From: Bacillota bacterium
GTDB lineage: Bacteria > Bacillota > Clostridia > Lachnospirales > Lachnospiraceae
Assembly: GCA_023393095.1 (NCBI GenBank)
Contig: JAEWMT010000101.1
Location: 6,583-70,582, forward strand
Direction: 5' to 3'
Length of the DNA: 64,000 bases
In this document: piece after piece, positions 20,809-30,630 of the stretch
Numbering within the stretch: the stretch's first letter is position 1
Layout of the letters: each line of letters opens with the position of its first letter
Notes under the pieces: model-generated
Told to the model about the DNA's origin: nothing
The model's database searches: none
What the model saw: the letters and a program-made list of their open reading frames with translations, nothing else
Made by a program: the position numbers and the translations under genes

Positions 20809-20852
20809 TCCAATTTTAATCCCCTTTCCTTTTGTTTCGCTATGGAATTTCC

Positions 20853-21245
20853 CTATACTTTTTGTATCATCATCAAAGCTGTTTCAACCGTATCATATTT
20901 ATCAATAATTTTATACAAACCGGATAATTTAAAAATTCGGTCTATTGCTGAACCAACATTAGCAACTGCTGTCTTCCCTCCGATAAATATCACCTTTTTA
21001 TATCTACCCATTACAACACCGATTCCTGCACTATCCATAAAACCGGCTCCTTCAAAATCAAATATAACATGCTTAATATTATTTCGGTCAATAAGCTTGT
21101 CCGCTTTTTCCCGTATTCGAACTGCATTATGGTGATCTAATTCATCGTTAAGCCGGATTACCAAGCAGCGATCATAAATCTCATATATTGTTCCTCCATC
21201 CCCTTCCTTCGGTATATTTTTTCCCTGTCTCCTAACATCCTGCAT
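20853..21245 (-). CDS. spoIIAA: Anti-sigma F factor antagonist
   Basis: STAS domain [22 protein letters not shown]. Confidence 0.95.
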   Translation of the reverse strand: MQDVRRQGKNIPKEGDGGTIYEIYDRCLVIRLNDELDHHNAVRIREKADKLIDRNNIKHVIFDFEGAGFMDSAGIGVVMGRYKKVIFIGGKTAVANVGSAIDRIFKLSGLYKIIDKYDTVETALMMIQKV

Positions 21246-21430
21246 CTACATTTCCCTCCTAATGATCAGTTCTATCTGGCTTAGAGTATCACTATTTTGA
21301 CAAGCTAACCCATAAATTACTTGTCGTAATAAAACGAAAAAAGACCTTTTATAGAATGGAAGAGATCCATTTCAATGAAACGTCTTTTTTCAGATAATTT
21401 ATCTTATGTTTTTATATTGTTAATCCTATG

Positions 21431-22825
21431 TTACTTTAAATTGTTAATCATCCTTTTCGCCAGTGTAACTCTATCTTTTGAATCAGCAAAATCAGTGATG
21501 ACTTTATTATAATAAGTCTTGGCATTTTCCTTATCGCCCATGCGATCATAGGTTCTTCCCGTAAAATAAACGGGATCTGGATTTTTCGTATCTAAGGTCA
21601 TTGCCTTGGCTAAATCCTTCAAAGCATCCTCATATTTACCTTGAAGATATTTTGCATGCCCAGATTCCCAATAAGACTTAGCCACGGTAGGATAGGTTTC
21701 ATCCCGCAAACGTTTCAGAAGATCCTTGGAATCCTTATCTTCTAACTTAGTGTCATCTATTGTAGCCAAGGTATCAGCTACTGCAGTAAAATCCCTGTCA
21801 CCCTTTGCCTTACCAAGCTCATCCAAATATTTGAGAGAAGCTGAAAGTAGTAGCGGAGAGGATGATTCTGTAGTCTGGGCATTACTGATCTTAGTCTGAA
21901 GCTCCTTAATCTGATCCTCATAATTTTTTACTTTTTCATTTAATGTATTAATCTCGTCATCCTTTGCACTAAGCTGGGTTTGAGCAGATGCATTATTCGT
22001 GTAATCTGTATTCTGATTGGCTATAATATTCTTTTTTACATTAGGTATAATCAGAAAAGAGGTTACTGCAATACCAATTAGCACACCTATTACAAGATTA
22101 ACAAAAGCCATTATATTTGGCTTGTCCTCTTTATACGTGGAAATCGGCATAATCGTATTGGTAACTCCACTTGGCTGTTCAGCCTCCAGATTCGTATCAG
22201 GATCCTTACTTACAGGTTCCTCCATCTCTTTCAAATAACGTAAGGTCTGCGTATTAGAAACATCAATCTTTCCTGCCCTAATGAGATATCTCTTTGCCTT
22301 TTCATAGTCACCGGCCTTCATATAAAGTAATGCCAGCAGATGGAATGCACGTAAGAAGTGAGGATTCAGGCTGACTACCTTCTTCAGCTGAATAATTGCC
22401 AAATCGTCACTTCCCTGCTTCGCAAAATTAAGTGCCGTATTGTATCTTTTGATTGCTTGATTTAAGGAATCCAGTCTGGTTGGATTCGACTGTACCTTAT
22501 TAATATATTCATCCGCATCATTATCATCCGACTGAAAATGTCTGCTGATTACCCACTCACTAAGGGCGGCCACGGTTTCTCCCATCTCAAAATAAACAAG
22601 TCCTAGCAAATTTCTTGCATTTATATTTAATTTATTAAGATCAAGACTTTTACGAAGAGCAACCACTGCTCCTGTTAAATCACGGACTTTTGCTTTTTCA
22701 AGGCCCCTATTATAATATAAATTGGAAACTCTTAGTATCTTCTTATATATAGTTAAGTCTGTGCCACATCTTTCGCAGCGCTTTCTTTTGTCCGACATGT
22801 TACTTCCACAATTCGGGCAAATCAT
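21431..22825 (-). CDS. Zinc-ribbon and TPR membrane protein
   Basis: N-terminal CPNC...CERC, TPR helices, central TM, coiled coil, C-terminal TPR. Confidence 0.85.
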   Translation of the reverse strand: MICPNCGSNMSDKRKRCERCGTDLTIYKKILRVSNLYYNRGLEKAKVRDLTGAVVALRKSLDLNKLNINARNLLGLVYFEMGETVAALSEWVISRHFQSDDNDADEYINKVQSNPTRLDSLNQAIKRYNTALNFAKQGSDDLAIIQLKKVVSLNPHFLRAFHLLALLYMKAGDYEKAKRYLIRAGKIDVSNTQTLRYLKEMEEPVSKDPDTNLEAEQPSGVTNTIMPISTYKEDKPNIMAFVNLVIGVLIGIAVTSFLIIPNVKKNIIANQNTDYTNNASAQTQLSAKDDEINTLNEKVKNYEDQIKELQTKISNAQTTESSSPLLLSASLKYLDELGKAKGDRDFTAVADTLATIDDTKLEDKDSKDLLKRLRDETYPTVAKSYWESGHAKYLQGKYEDALKDLAKAMTLDTKNPDPVYFTGRTYDRMGDKENAKTYYNKVITDFADSKDRVTLAKRMINNLK

Positions 22826-22899
22826 ATCATCCCCACCTGTCCGTTCTAATCTATTTAGTTATAGTTCAACCTTATGGAAAACTATAACTCTATTTGTTT

Positions 22900-23040
22900 T
22901 TAATTATTATTCTTTTCCTTCAGTACTTCCTTTAGTATGTCAGTAACGTCCGTTAAGTCATTATTATTGATAACCTCTTCCGCCTGTTCAACTTCTAAGC
23001 TTGGTTGGAATTTTTCAATTTCTTCATCAAAATTAATCAT
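22900..23040 (-). CDS. Small acidic protein, 46 aa (not in the ORF track)
   Basis: GGAGG RBS, then MINFDEEIEKFQPSLEVEQAEEVINNNDLTDVTDILKEVLKEKNNN*; co-oriented upstream of the TPR gene. Confidence 0.75.
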   Translation of the reverse strand: MINFDEEIEKFQPSLEVEQAEEVINNNDLTDVTDILKEVLKEKNNN

Positions 23041-23540
23041 ATCAGTAGTCCTCCATGTTACAAGAGTATATTTATCTCAGTTAAGGGAAGATATCTCCCC
23101 CAAAACATTTATCTTTTACGAAATATTTACATTCCTCTTACCATAATACTATAAACCTAAGAAAAATCAATAGTTTATCCACGTATTAAAAATAAAAAAT
23201 TTTTGCATACCGCGATTATATAACAATTCCGCTATTTTATCAATTATATGTTTCTTCTACAATTCGACGAAATATGTATCCACCTAATTATTACGAGAAT
23301 TTCTTCTGATATTCCGTCATAATTTGGCTTTATAAGGAAAATCAGATCAGATAATTTGCATAGATTTGCATAGGTATTGAAAGAACGATTTACTAAATCC
23401 CGGTTTAATTTTAACAAATTGATATGACTAAATTTTATTGGATAGTCTAATTCATCTTCTCATATAATATAATAAAGAATTGTATATTTGAGCTTATATA
23501 ATATCAATTATTCTGTTTAGTAGTATTATGGAGGTAGCTA

Positions 23541-24386
23541 ATGGTTAAAGCCACTATTCGGTTATTTGGATTAGTTTCTACGAAAATAAGGGATGATAAT
23601 GTAGCTGCATTTTCAGCGCAGGCTGCATTCTTTATCTTTGTCTCTTTTTTTCCTTTTTTGATGCTGCTTCTTGGGATCATACAATATCTACCAATTGATA
23701 GAGGTACCATGTTAAGTATTTTCACTGAAATATTTCCGACAGCAATTAATTCAATATTTGTATCCGTGATTGTTAAATCGAATCCCTCCAGCACCTTAAT
23801 TTCAATTACTGCTATTACAACACTTTGGTCGGCTGCTAAGGGCTTTCTTGCTATCATGAAAGGTCTTAATGCAGTATATGATATCAATGAAACCAGACAA
23901 TATTTTTTACTAAGAGCGATCTCTGCTTTTTATACCTTAATGTTTGCTATTATGCTTATTGCGACAATGATATTATTCGTATTTGGAAATCGTCTGTATT
24001 TATGGATTGAGCAAAAAATTCCCGGTTTAACCGCTACCGCATTAATTATCATCAGCTTACGAACCATTGTAGGTCTTACTGTTTTAGTTATTTTCTTTTT
24101 GATTATCTATATCGTGATACCTAACAAAAAAGCCAAAATTATGAGTGTGCTGCCCGGCGCCATGCTATGTGCCGGCGGATGGATGGGCTTTTCTTATGCG
24201 TTTTCCTACTATATAGATAATTTTTCAAACTACTCGTCGATGTATGGAAGTCTTACTGCTATCGTTCTTTTTATGTTATGGATGTATTTTTGTATGTATC
24301 TCTTGTTTATCGGAGCCGAATTCAATCTATTACTGGAAAATAAAAGCTTTATGCAAAAAATCCGGCTTTTATATCATAAATCCTAA
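23541..24386 (+). CDS. YihY/BrkB-family membrane protein
   Basis: AQAAFFIFVSFFP, LNAVYDINETR, YSSMYGSL, GAEFN. Confidence 0.9.
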   Translation: MVKATIRLFGLVSTKIRDDNVAAFSAQAAFFIFVSFFPFLMLLLGIIQYLPIDRGTMLSIFTEIFPTAINSIFVSVIVKSNPSSTLISITAITTLWSAAKGFLAIMKGLNAVYDINETRQYFLLRAISAFYTLMFAIMLIATMILFVFGNRLYLWIEQKIPGLTATALIIISLRTIVGLTVLVIFFLIIYIVIPNKKAKIMSVLPGAMLCAGGWMGFSYAFSYYIDNFSNYSSMYGSLTAIVLFMLWMYFCMYLLFIGAEFNLLLENKSFMQKIRLLYHKS

Positions 24387-24488
24387 GTAAATATATTACT
24401 ATCAGAATAATTCCTGATTTTCTAATATACAACAAAAGGGTGCCCGCTTGCGAGACATCCTAATCGTGATATTATTCTACTCAACCTT

Positions 24489-24546
24489 GGCATCAAATTC
24501 TCACGCCGACTTATACATATAATGAAAGCGGTGCGTGAGAATGACA
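24489..24546. repeat. Palindromic element, family C copy 2
   Basis: TCAAATTCTCACGCCG...ATAATGAAAGCGGTGCGTGAGAAT shared with 9710..9778. Confidence 0.8.
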
Positions 24547-24626
24547 GTTTCCGGCGGATGCACACACGCCTCGCTCGGCGCTTATTATGAAGGTCTTCAT
24601 AATATAAATATTCTATAATGTAAATC

Positions 24627-24810
24627 AATGAATATGTGTGCATATAGATACAGATGACGAAGTCCGGCTGAAAGCGGTTGCCTTTTCTTTCGTTTAAGAC
24701 TCAGTAAAATGTGAGCTGCTGCGAGCATTTTACATCTCTGAGGCTTAATAAGAAAGTTACCGCTTGATGGAAAGGCGAGTCATATGTATCTATATGCACA
24801 CATATTCATT
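24627..24810. repeat. Rod-like palindrome, family A copy 1 (184 nt)
   Basis: Colinear with 54811..54994; self-complementary arms. Confidence 0.95.
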
Positions 24811-24823
24811 TCTTTAATACACA

Positions 24824-27295
24824 CTATTCATAAATCAATCCCATTTTCGTATCTTTATAAAAATACGATACTATATCCTTGTAATCTTTACCTGCCTCAG
24901 TCAGGGATTTTACTGCGTTCTGGCTCATTCCAACTCCATGTCCATATCCGCCGCCAGTCAATTTGAAGCCTGTAAGCTTACTCTTATTTTTTACTTCTTC
25001 TATTATAAAAAATGCACTGGGTAGCATGGTTAAATTATCAATTTTACTATCATCCTGCCTGATAATACTATCATAGGTGGGAGCAAGAAGTGCCCGGATA
25101 TTATACTCCTTACAAACTTTTATGGTATTCTTGCTGCCTTTGATTAAAAGCTCAGAAATAATTCCACTGCTTTCACGTTTTAAGACACGAATATCCACAA
25201 TATCGCCTACCGTATCTACAGGAATACTTTGGAATACCATTTTCTTACCTTTCTTCACTTTTGTAAGGATCAATTTTGGATTTGTATTATATCTGCCCGC
25301 AAGATTATTGTTAACTACCCTCTTAATATTATTTACATTCATAGTAACCTTCCACCGATACCAGCTAAAGCTGCTGTCATAGGTGGAAATATTATTTGAC
25401 TGAATAAAGCTCTTGAATGTCTTTTCAGAGGATAAATCCTCATATTTTTTCTCAGCTTTACTCTGTGCCTGTGCAGCTTCTCCCTTTTCCTCGGTTAGCA
25501 TTAACTTACGTTCCAGATAAGGAAACTTTGTACCAGTTGCCCATACGCTGGAAGGATCGGTGGTATGGCCGCAGGAGGTAGAGTAATAGTACGCAACAAT
25601 GACATCATTGTCATACTTTATTACCTGACCATAAGTATCCTTTACCGCTAGTATAGAATCTTCATTTTCCGAAATATTGTTGTAGACCTGATAATACGAG
25701 CTGTCATCCACATGGGCACCATATTGACTTAAGCTATTCGCGAGAAGATGTCTGTATGCATAGCTCCTGGCACACACTGCCTGTACTTTTAAGGCTTCAA
25801 CCCCATAGCTTGTCGGCATTTCACTTGGTATTACTGCGTATAAATATTCTTCAAGCGGTAGTTCATTTACTAGGATTAGTTTATTATCTTCCTCCGATAT
25901 TTCTAAAGTACCACGGTATTTTGGATTTCCATAGGAGCGTTTAATAGATAAAATTTTTATTTTGGCGTCTTCCGAATTAGCCTTTACAGTAATACGTCCA
26001 TTTTTAAAAAGCTCGTTCCCCGGTTTAATCGTAACCTTTTCCCCTTTTTTGTAGGATTTCTTCTTTCCCTTTGTACTGACTGTAAAATCAGAGGTTGCTG
26101 TTAATTGTACAGAAGCATGGAAAATGTCCTTATAGCCCGTTGTCTTAAGTAGTACCCTGATATCCTTCGCTTTAATACTCTCAGTAATCAATGCGGCACA
26201 TATTTTACCTCCGGATACAATAAAATCAGTGTTATCATATCCTACTAGTATACTCCCAGAGGGTTCCATTGATATCTCACCATAGATTTTGTAAATCCTA
26301 AAGCTCCCGTCGAGGGGTACTTTACCATAGCCCTCCACGTCAATATAACCTTTTCCCATCTGTAAAACCTTTCCCTTTATCATGTCGGGTTTTACATTAA
26401 TTTTTACGACCTTCTGATTTTCTATGGTAATATCACCGATTACCTTCTCAATCGGCGAACTTAATTTTGACACGGTGTCAATGCTTTTATGTATCCCTTC
26501 CATATAGGTATCTAGCTTTAGATCTTTTCCCTGTTCAATCCATATATTATGTAACATTATTTTTTCCGTTGTTTCAGATGATATGTAAATTATCTCCTGA
26601 TCACTGACCAGTGCTTTCACACCTTTGTCCATATATTGATTAATAAATGCTTTCGGATCATTTGCAGTCTTTACTTTCGCATTCTCCTCATAGCTGATTG
26701 CGTCCAGATAATAATACTTTCCCTGACTGGTAATCATGCGATCCACACCGTCCTGAGTGGTATCTCTGCCCAGTACAAGTATTGCACACTCACTTACTAT
26801 CTTATCCTCCTTAGGAACCAAAGCAAGGAGAGCCCTATATAACTCCAGAAAATCTTTACTAAGCATGTCTTTCTTTGAAGCAGTAAATTCAAATGTCAGA
26901 CCGGTATATGCTTTTTGATAATCCGGATTATTTAATATTAATTTATCAATCAATTCTTTACAATAACCATAGGTCAGCGCTTCATTCGGATTCTCAGTTA
27001 TATGATTATCAATAAGTCCCATTTTATATACTGCATTAATATAGGAATCATACCATCCCGACAATTTCTTATTGGAATATTCAATACTGCTGGCAATAGC
27101 TTCCCTTTTCGTTTTATCATATTTCAGATAGCTTAACAGACGGTAAGCTTCAGCCCGGGTTATGACATTCTCCTTAACGATAACACTGCCTGTAGGTTTG
27201 TCATCCTGAATCCGATTAACAATATTGACCGCTAATACAATTAATATAATACCTGCGCATATTCCCATTAATATTAATTTTCTCTTTATACTCAT
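24824..27295 (-). CDS. SpoIID/LytB domain protein
   Basis: LEEYLYAVIPSEMP, EALKVQAVCARSY, YYSTSCGHT, GGGYGHGVGMSQ; N-terminal TM. Confidence 0.9.
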   Translation of the reverse strand: MSIKRKLILMGICAGIILIVLAVNIVNRIQDDKPTGSVIVKENVITRAEAYRLLSYLKYDKTKREAIASSIEYSNKKLSGWYDSYINAVYKMGLIDNHITENPNEALTYGYCKELIDKLILNNPDYQKAYTGLTFEFTASKKDMLSKDFLELYRALLALVPKEDKIVSECAILVLGRDTTQDGVDRMITSQGKYYYLDAISYEENAKVKTANDPKAFINQYMDKGVKALVSDQEIIYISSETTEKIMLHNIWIEQGKDLKLDTYMEGIHKSIDTVSKLSSPIEKVIGDITIENQKVVKINVKPDMIKGKVLQMGKGYIDVEGYGKVPLDGSFRIYKIYGEISMEPSGSILVGYDNTDFIVSGGKICAALITESIKAKDIRVLLKTTGYKDIFHASVQLTATSDFTVSTKGKKKSYKKGEKVTIKPGNELFKNGRITVKANSEDAKIKILSIKRSYGNPKYRGTLEISEEDNKLILVNELPLEEYLYAVIPSEMPTSYGVEALKVQAVCARSYAYRHLLANSLSQYGAHVDDSSYYQVYNNISENEDSILAVKDTYGQVIKYDNDVIVAYYYSTSCGHTTDPSSVWATGTKFPYLERKLMLTEEKGEAAQAQSKAEKKYEDLSSEKTFKSFIQSNNISTYDSSFSWYRWKVTMNVNNIKRVVNNNLAGRYNTNPKLILTKVKKGKKMVFQSIPVDTVGDIVDIRVLKRESSGIISELLIKGSKNTIKVCKEYNIRALLAPTYDSIIRQDDSKIDNLTMLPSAFFIIEEVKNKSKLTGFKLTGGGYGHGVGMSQNAVKSLTEAGKDYKDIVSYFYKDTKMGLIYE

Positions 27296-27705
27296 AGCTG
27301 CTCCTATTCCTGGCATCTCCTGACCACAAGCTTGATTATCCCATATGTAAATATATTATGTCAATGCGCATATTATTCGTACAAGTTTATGAAACAGTAG
27401 TTATCGTTCTTTCTATAAACGTGTATGTTTTTTGTGAGTGAAGCATCACAAAATTCACAGATCTTCCTCCCGACAGTAAATAATTTGATAATGAAATTAT
27501 TAAAATCTTTCTCACTTTTCTATCATCATAAATGCCAAGAGCTATGATTATGTTTCTAATATAGATTGAAACATATACATAGCCCTTGGCGTTCATTGAT
27601 TCGTCTTGATTTTTAATATAAATAACCACAGATATTATTGAAGGGTTTTTATAAACCTGCAAATCTCACATTTAATAATTTACATAGACTAATTCATCCA
27701 TGTAA

Positions 27706-28461
27706 TTAATCCATAATATCGCTCATATTATACATTCCGGCAGCTTTACCGGGAAGGAATTTTGCTGCCTGAACAGCACCCTTCGCAAATATGGCCTTTG
27801 AATATGCTGTATGCTTTATTTCAATCACTTCATCGGTTCCTGCAAATATTACCTCATGCTCGCCTACTATAGTTCCTCCACGAACCGCACTAATACCGAT
27901 TTCCTTTTTATTTCTCATCACACGTTCTTTGGATCTGTCAAAATTATAACTGTATTCCTGATTCAATACTTCATTCATAACATCCGCAAGAGCCAGTGCC
28001 GTACCGGAAGGAGCATCCACCTTTCTGTTATGATGCTTCTCAACAATTTCAATGTCAAACCCTGCATCAGCCAGTATGCCAGCCGCTTCCTTCAAAAGCT
28101 TGGAGATCAGATTAATTCCCATTGACATATTAGCGGATCGTAAAATTGGAATTTGCTTAGAAGCTTCGTCTACCAATATAAGCTGCTCCTTCGACAGGCC
28201 GGTAGTACAAAGTACAATGCCAATTCCCTTTGAAATTGCATAATCCAGCATCTCCTCCAGATTAATCGGTGCTGAAAAATCAATAATCACATCTGCTTTT
28301 ACATTACACTTATTAAAGTTCTGATAAACAGGATATTTATTTACTCGGTTCTGTCTTACATCGACACCTGCTACAATTACAGTATTATCATCCGCATCTA
28401 CAATATCTGTAATCACCTGTCCCATATAACCATTACAGCCTCGTAATATGATATTTGTCAT
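27706..28461 (-). CDS. dapB: 4-hydroxy-tetrahydrodipicolinate reductase
   Basis: GCNGYMG, IDFS, EKHHNRKVDAPSGTA, RGGTIVGEHEV. Confidence 0.97.
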   Translation of the reverse strand: MTNIILRGCNGYMGQVITDIVDADDNTVIVAGVDVRQNRVNKYPVYQNFNKCNVKADVIIDFSAPINLEEMLDYAISKGIGIVLCTTGLSKEQLILVDEASKQIPILRSANMSMGINLISKLLKEAAGILADAGFDIEIVEKHHNRKVDAPSGTALALADVMNEVLNQEYSYNFDRSKERVMRNKKEIGISAVRGGTIVGEHEVIFAGTDEVIEIKHTAYSKAIFAKGAVQAAKFLPGKAAGMYNMSDIMD

Positions 28462-28513
28462 ATTTTCCTCCTAATAAAAGGTATGTTATTTATTATTATA
28501 ACGTTTTTAGGGT

Positions 28514-28710
28514 TAGGGTATCAAAAGTCAGAAATTAACTAGCTTAATGAATATACGTGTATATATATTCAGATGGCGAAGACCGGCTCAAGCGACCCTT
28601 GTATAAAAACTTTATATAAAGTCAATTTCGCTTGAAGGTAAGGCGAGTCCAGATGAATATATATGCACAAATATTCATCTCTCTATATATAGCTGACTTT
28701 TGACACCCTA
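28514..28710. repeat. Rod-like palindrome, family A variant with TA-GGGT...ACCC-TA outer arms
   Basis: Outer IR TAGGGTATCAAAAGTCAG/CTGACTTTTGACACCCTA; inner 28546..28679 has family A arms with a different centre. Confidence 0.9.
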
Positions 28711-28716
28711 ATCCTA

Positions 28717-29607
28717 TTATATCGTTTTAATTGATAGCGCATTCATTTCCTTGAGTAAACGCTCTGCATTCGCTGGTTCCATCTCGGTAAGAGGCATTCT
28801 GAGCCCTCCAACCTCAAAGCCCATTAAATTGACAGCCTTCTTAACCGGAATCGGATTTACTTCGCAGAATAATGCATTCACCAAAGGAAGATACTTAAGC
28901 TGAAGTTCACGGCTTCCTGCGATATCACCCTCAAGGAATTTATAAACCATATCATGGGTGTCCTTCGGAGCGACATTGGAAAGTACAGAGATCACTCCAA
29001 CACCACCTAAGGAAAGTATCGGAACAACCATATCATCATTACCGGAGTATAAATCAATCTTACCATCCGTAAGCTGCATGATCTTTGCTGCCTGTACGAT
29101 ATCGCCGCTGGCTTCCTTTACACCTACGATATTCTTCACATTTTTAACCAGAGTTGCAATTGTCTGCGGCTGAATGTTACAGCCGGTTCTTCCGGGTACA
29201 TTATAAAGAATGATCGGTATGGATACTGCATTTGCAATTGCTGTAAAATGTGCAATTAATCCATTCTGGGTCGCTTTATTATAGTAAGGTGTTACAAGCA
29301 ATAATGCATCTGCACCGTATTTTTGCGCTTCCTTTGACAGATAGATTGCAGTTTCCGTACAATTTGAACCGGTTCCGGCGATTACCGGAATTCTTCCTGC
29401 CACCTTCTCTACCGTATAACGGATACACTCCAAATGCTCCTCATGTGATAAAGTGGACGCCTCTCCCGTAGTACCACAGATAATAATTGCGTCCGTTTTG
29501 TTTACAATCTGATATTCAATCAGTTCGCCAAGCTTCTCATAATCCACTTCGTTGTTCTTAGTAAATGGTGTTACAATAGCAACACCTGCCCCTTTAAATA
29601 CTGACAT
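28717..29607 (-). CDS. dapA: 4-hydroxy-tetrahydrodipicolinate synthase
   Basis: [33 protein letters not shown]. Confidence 0.97.
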   Translation of the reverse strand: MSVFKGAGVAIVTPFTKNNEVDYEKLGELIEYQIVNKTDAIIICGTTGEASTLSHEEHLECIRYTVEKVAGRIPVIAGTGSNCTETAIYLSKEAQKYGADALLLVTPYYNKATQNGLIAHFTAIANAVSIPIILYNVPGRTGCNIQPQTIATLVKNVKNIVGVKEASGDIVQAAKIMQLTDGKIDLYSGNDDMVVPILSLGGVGVISVLSNVAPKDTHDMVYKFLEGDIAGSRELQLKYLPLVNALFCEVNPIPVKKAVNLMGFEVGGLRMPLTEMEPANAERLLKEMNALSIKTI

Positions 29608-29694
29608 TTTCTTAACCTCCTATTAAACTTCGTCTTAATTTTACGAACCTTTTGTGCAAAAGTCATTGCAAAGCTGATGATTATTAAAATGCGT

Positions 29695-29718
29695 AAAAAA
29701 AGTCGACCTACAGAGTCG
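29695..29718 (-). terminator. Terminator of the lysine riboswitch expression platform
   Basis: Minus strand GTCGAC-TCTGTAG-GTCGAC followed by TTTTTTT. Confidence 0.65.
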
Positions 29719-29784
29719 ACACTAAAGAATAACTGAAGGGAATCATGATAGATTCATGAACCTGTACAGTTTAAATATTCTTTA

Positions 29785-29945
29785 GGCAGCGCTCCATCAA
29801 TTTCTGATGACAGTCAGATGGTTATTCACCATCTGCCCAGCAATAATAACTCAGGATTATTACCACTTCGGCACTGTTTCCTTTCACTGCGTTCCTCTAT
29901 GCCTGACATATCCAGCAGTTTACTCTTAAACAATGCGCCTCTACC
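29785..29945 (-). ncRNA. Lysine riboswitch (L-box)
   Basis: Minus strand GGTAGAGGCGC...AGAGTA...TGAAAGG...GCCGAA...CTGGG...GAATA...ACTGTC...GGAGCGCTGCC; upstream of dapA-dapB. Confidence 0.93.
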
Positions 29946-29980
29946 ATAAGCAATATGTTTTTCACAATATTCGTAGCTTC

Positions 29981-30009
29981 ATAGTAACACTAGAGAATTT
30001 TGTTGTCAA
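29981..30009 (-). promoter_or_regulatory. SigA promoter of the dapA leader
   Basis: TTGACA-17 bp-TACTAT with extended -10 TG. Confidence 0.75.
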
Positions 30010-30043
30010 TGGTTATTTTTTAAATAGATTTGTTCAAAGGGAC

Positions 30044-30339
30044 GGTTGGCGGCAGGGATACCGATCGTGGGGTGTGGGAGGAAAAGCAGATGCAGTTTAC
30101 TAGCAATTCTAAGGCACTTACGCTCGCTTGGGACAATCAGAACGCGCAAAAACTCCTCACAGGTGACCGGAAAAATGCTACGCAGTAGTTTTTTTCCGGT
30201 CACCTGCTCGTCAAACATTTGCGCTCGTGCGAATTGTCGCACGTCTGATTTCATCGCTCGTTTCAGTACCTAAGAATTGCACGTAAACTGCATATGCCTT
30301 CCCTCCCACACCCCACGATCGGTATCCCTGCCGCCAACC
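30044..30339. repeat. 296-nt GC-rich rod-like palindrome (element E)
   Basis: 38-bp perfect terminal inverted repeat GGTTGGCGGCAGGGATACCGATCGTGGGGTGTGGGAGG; nested stems to the centre. Confidence 0.95.
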
Positions 30340-30630
30340 TAGTTGTCAATAAAATAATAATAATTTACTCTTTTAGCCCTGTTATCTTATATTAACTTTT
30401 TATCAACAGAGTCAGCTGTCAAGGAGGCTTTAAGAAAATTTAATTAGGGGCAAGAGGATATCAAGACAAAAAGAAGTAATATGATGAATCTGATAAGCCG
30501 TCTAATGCTTAACCATTGAGTTAAAATTTATATATACTGTCAAAGGGTTTCCAAATTGATAAAATCTATCAATTTGAAAACCCTTTTAATCTTGAAAACT
30601 ACAAATTATATAAATATGTTTTTATAACTC

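Noticed and set aside
24422..24643. 73-aa minus-strand ORF
   Set aside because: Spans palindromic repeat elements; Arg-rich composition and no RBS
24627..24810. Hammerhead or hairpin ribozyme in family A
   Set aside because: GATGA and GAAA occur, but I could not place a CUGANGA/GAAA/UH core on a three-way junction; needs cmscan or an assay
30006..30273. Two overlapping ORFs (82 and 75 aa) on opposite strands
   Set aside because: They lie on GC-rich palindrome E, lack an RBS and show no protein-like motif
30002..30350. GTTGTCAAT direct repeat as target-site duplication of element E
   Set aside because: The left copy is over 30 bp from the element end and is the -35 box of the dapA promoter
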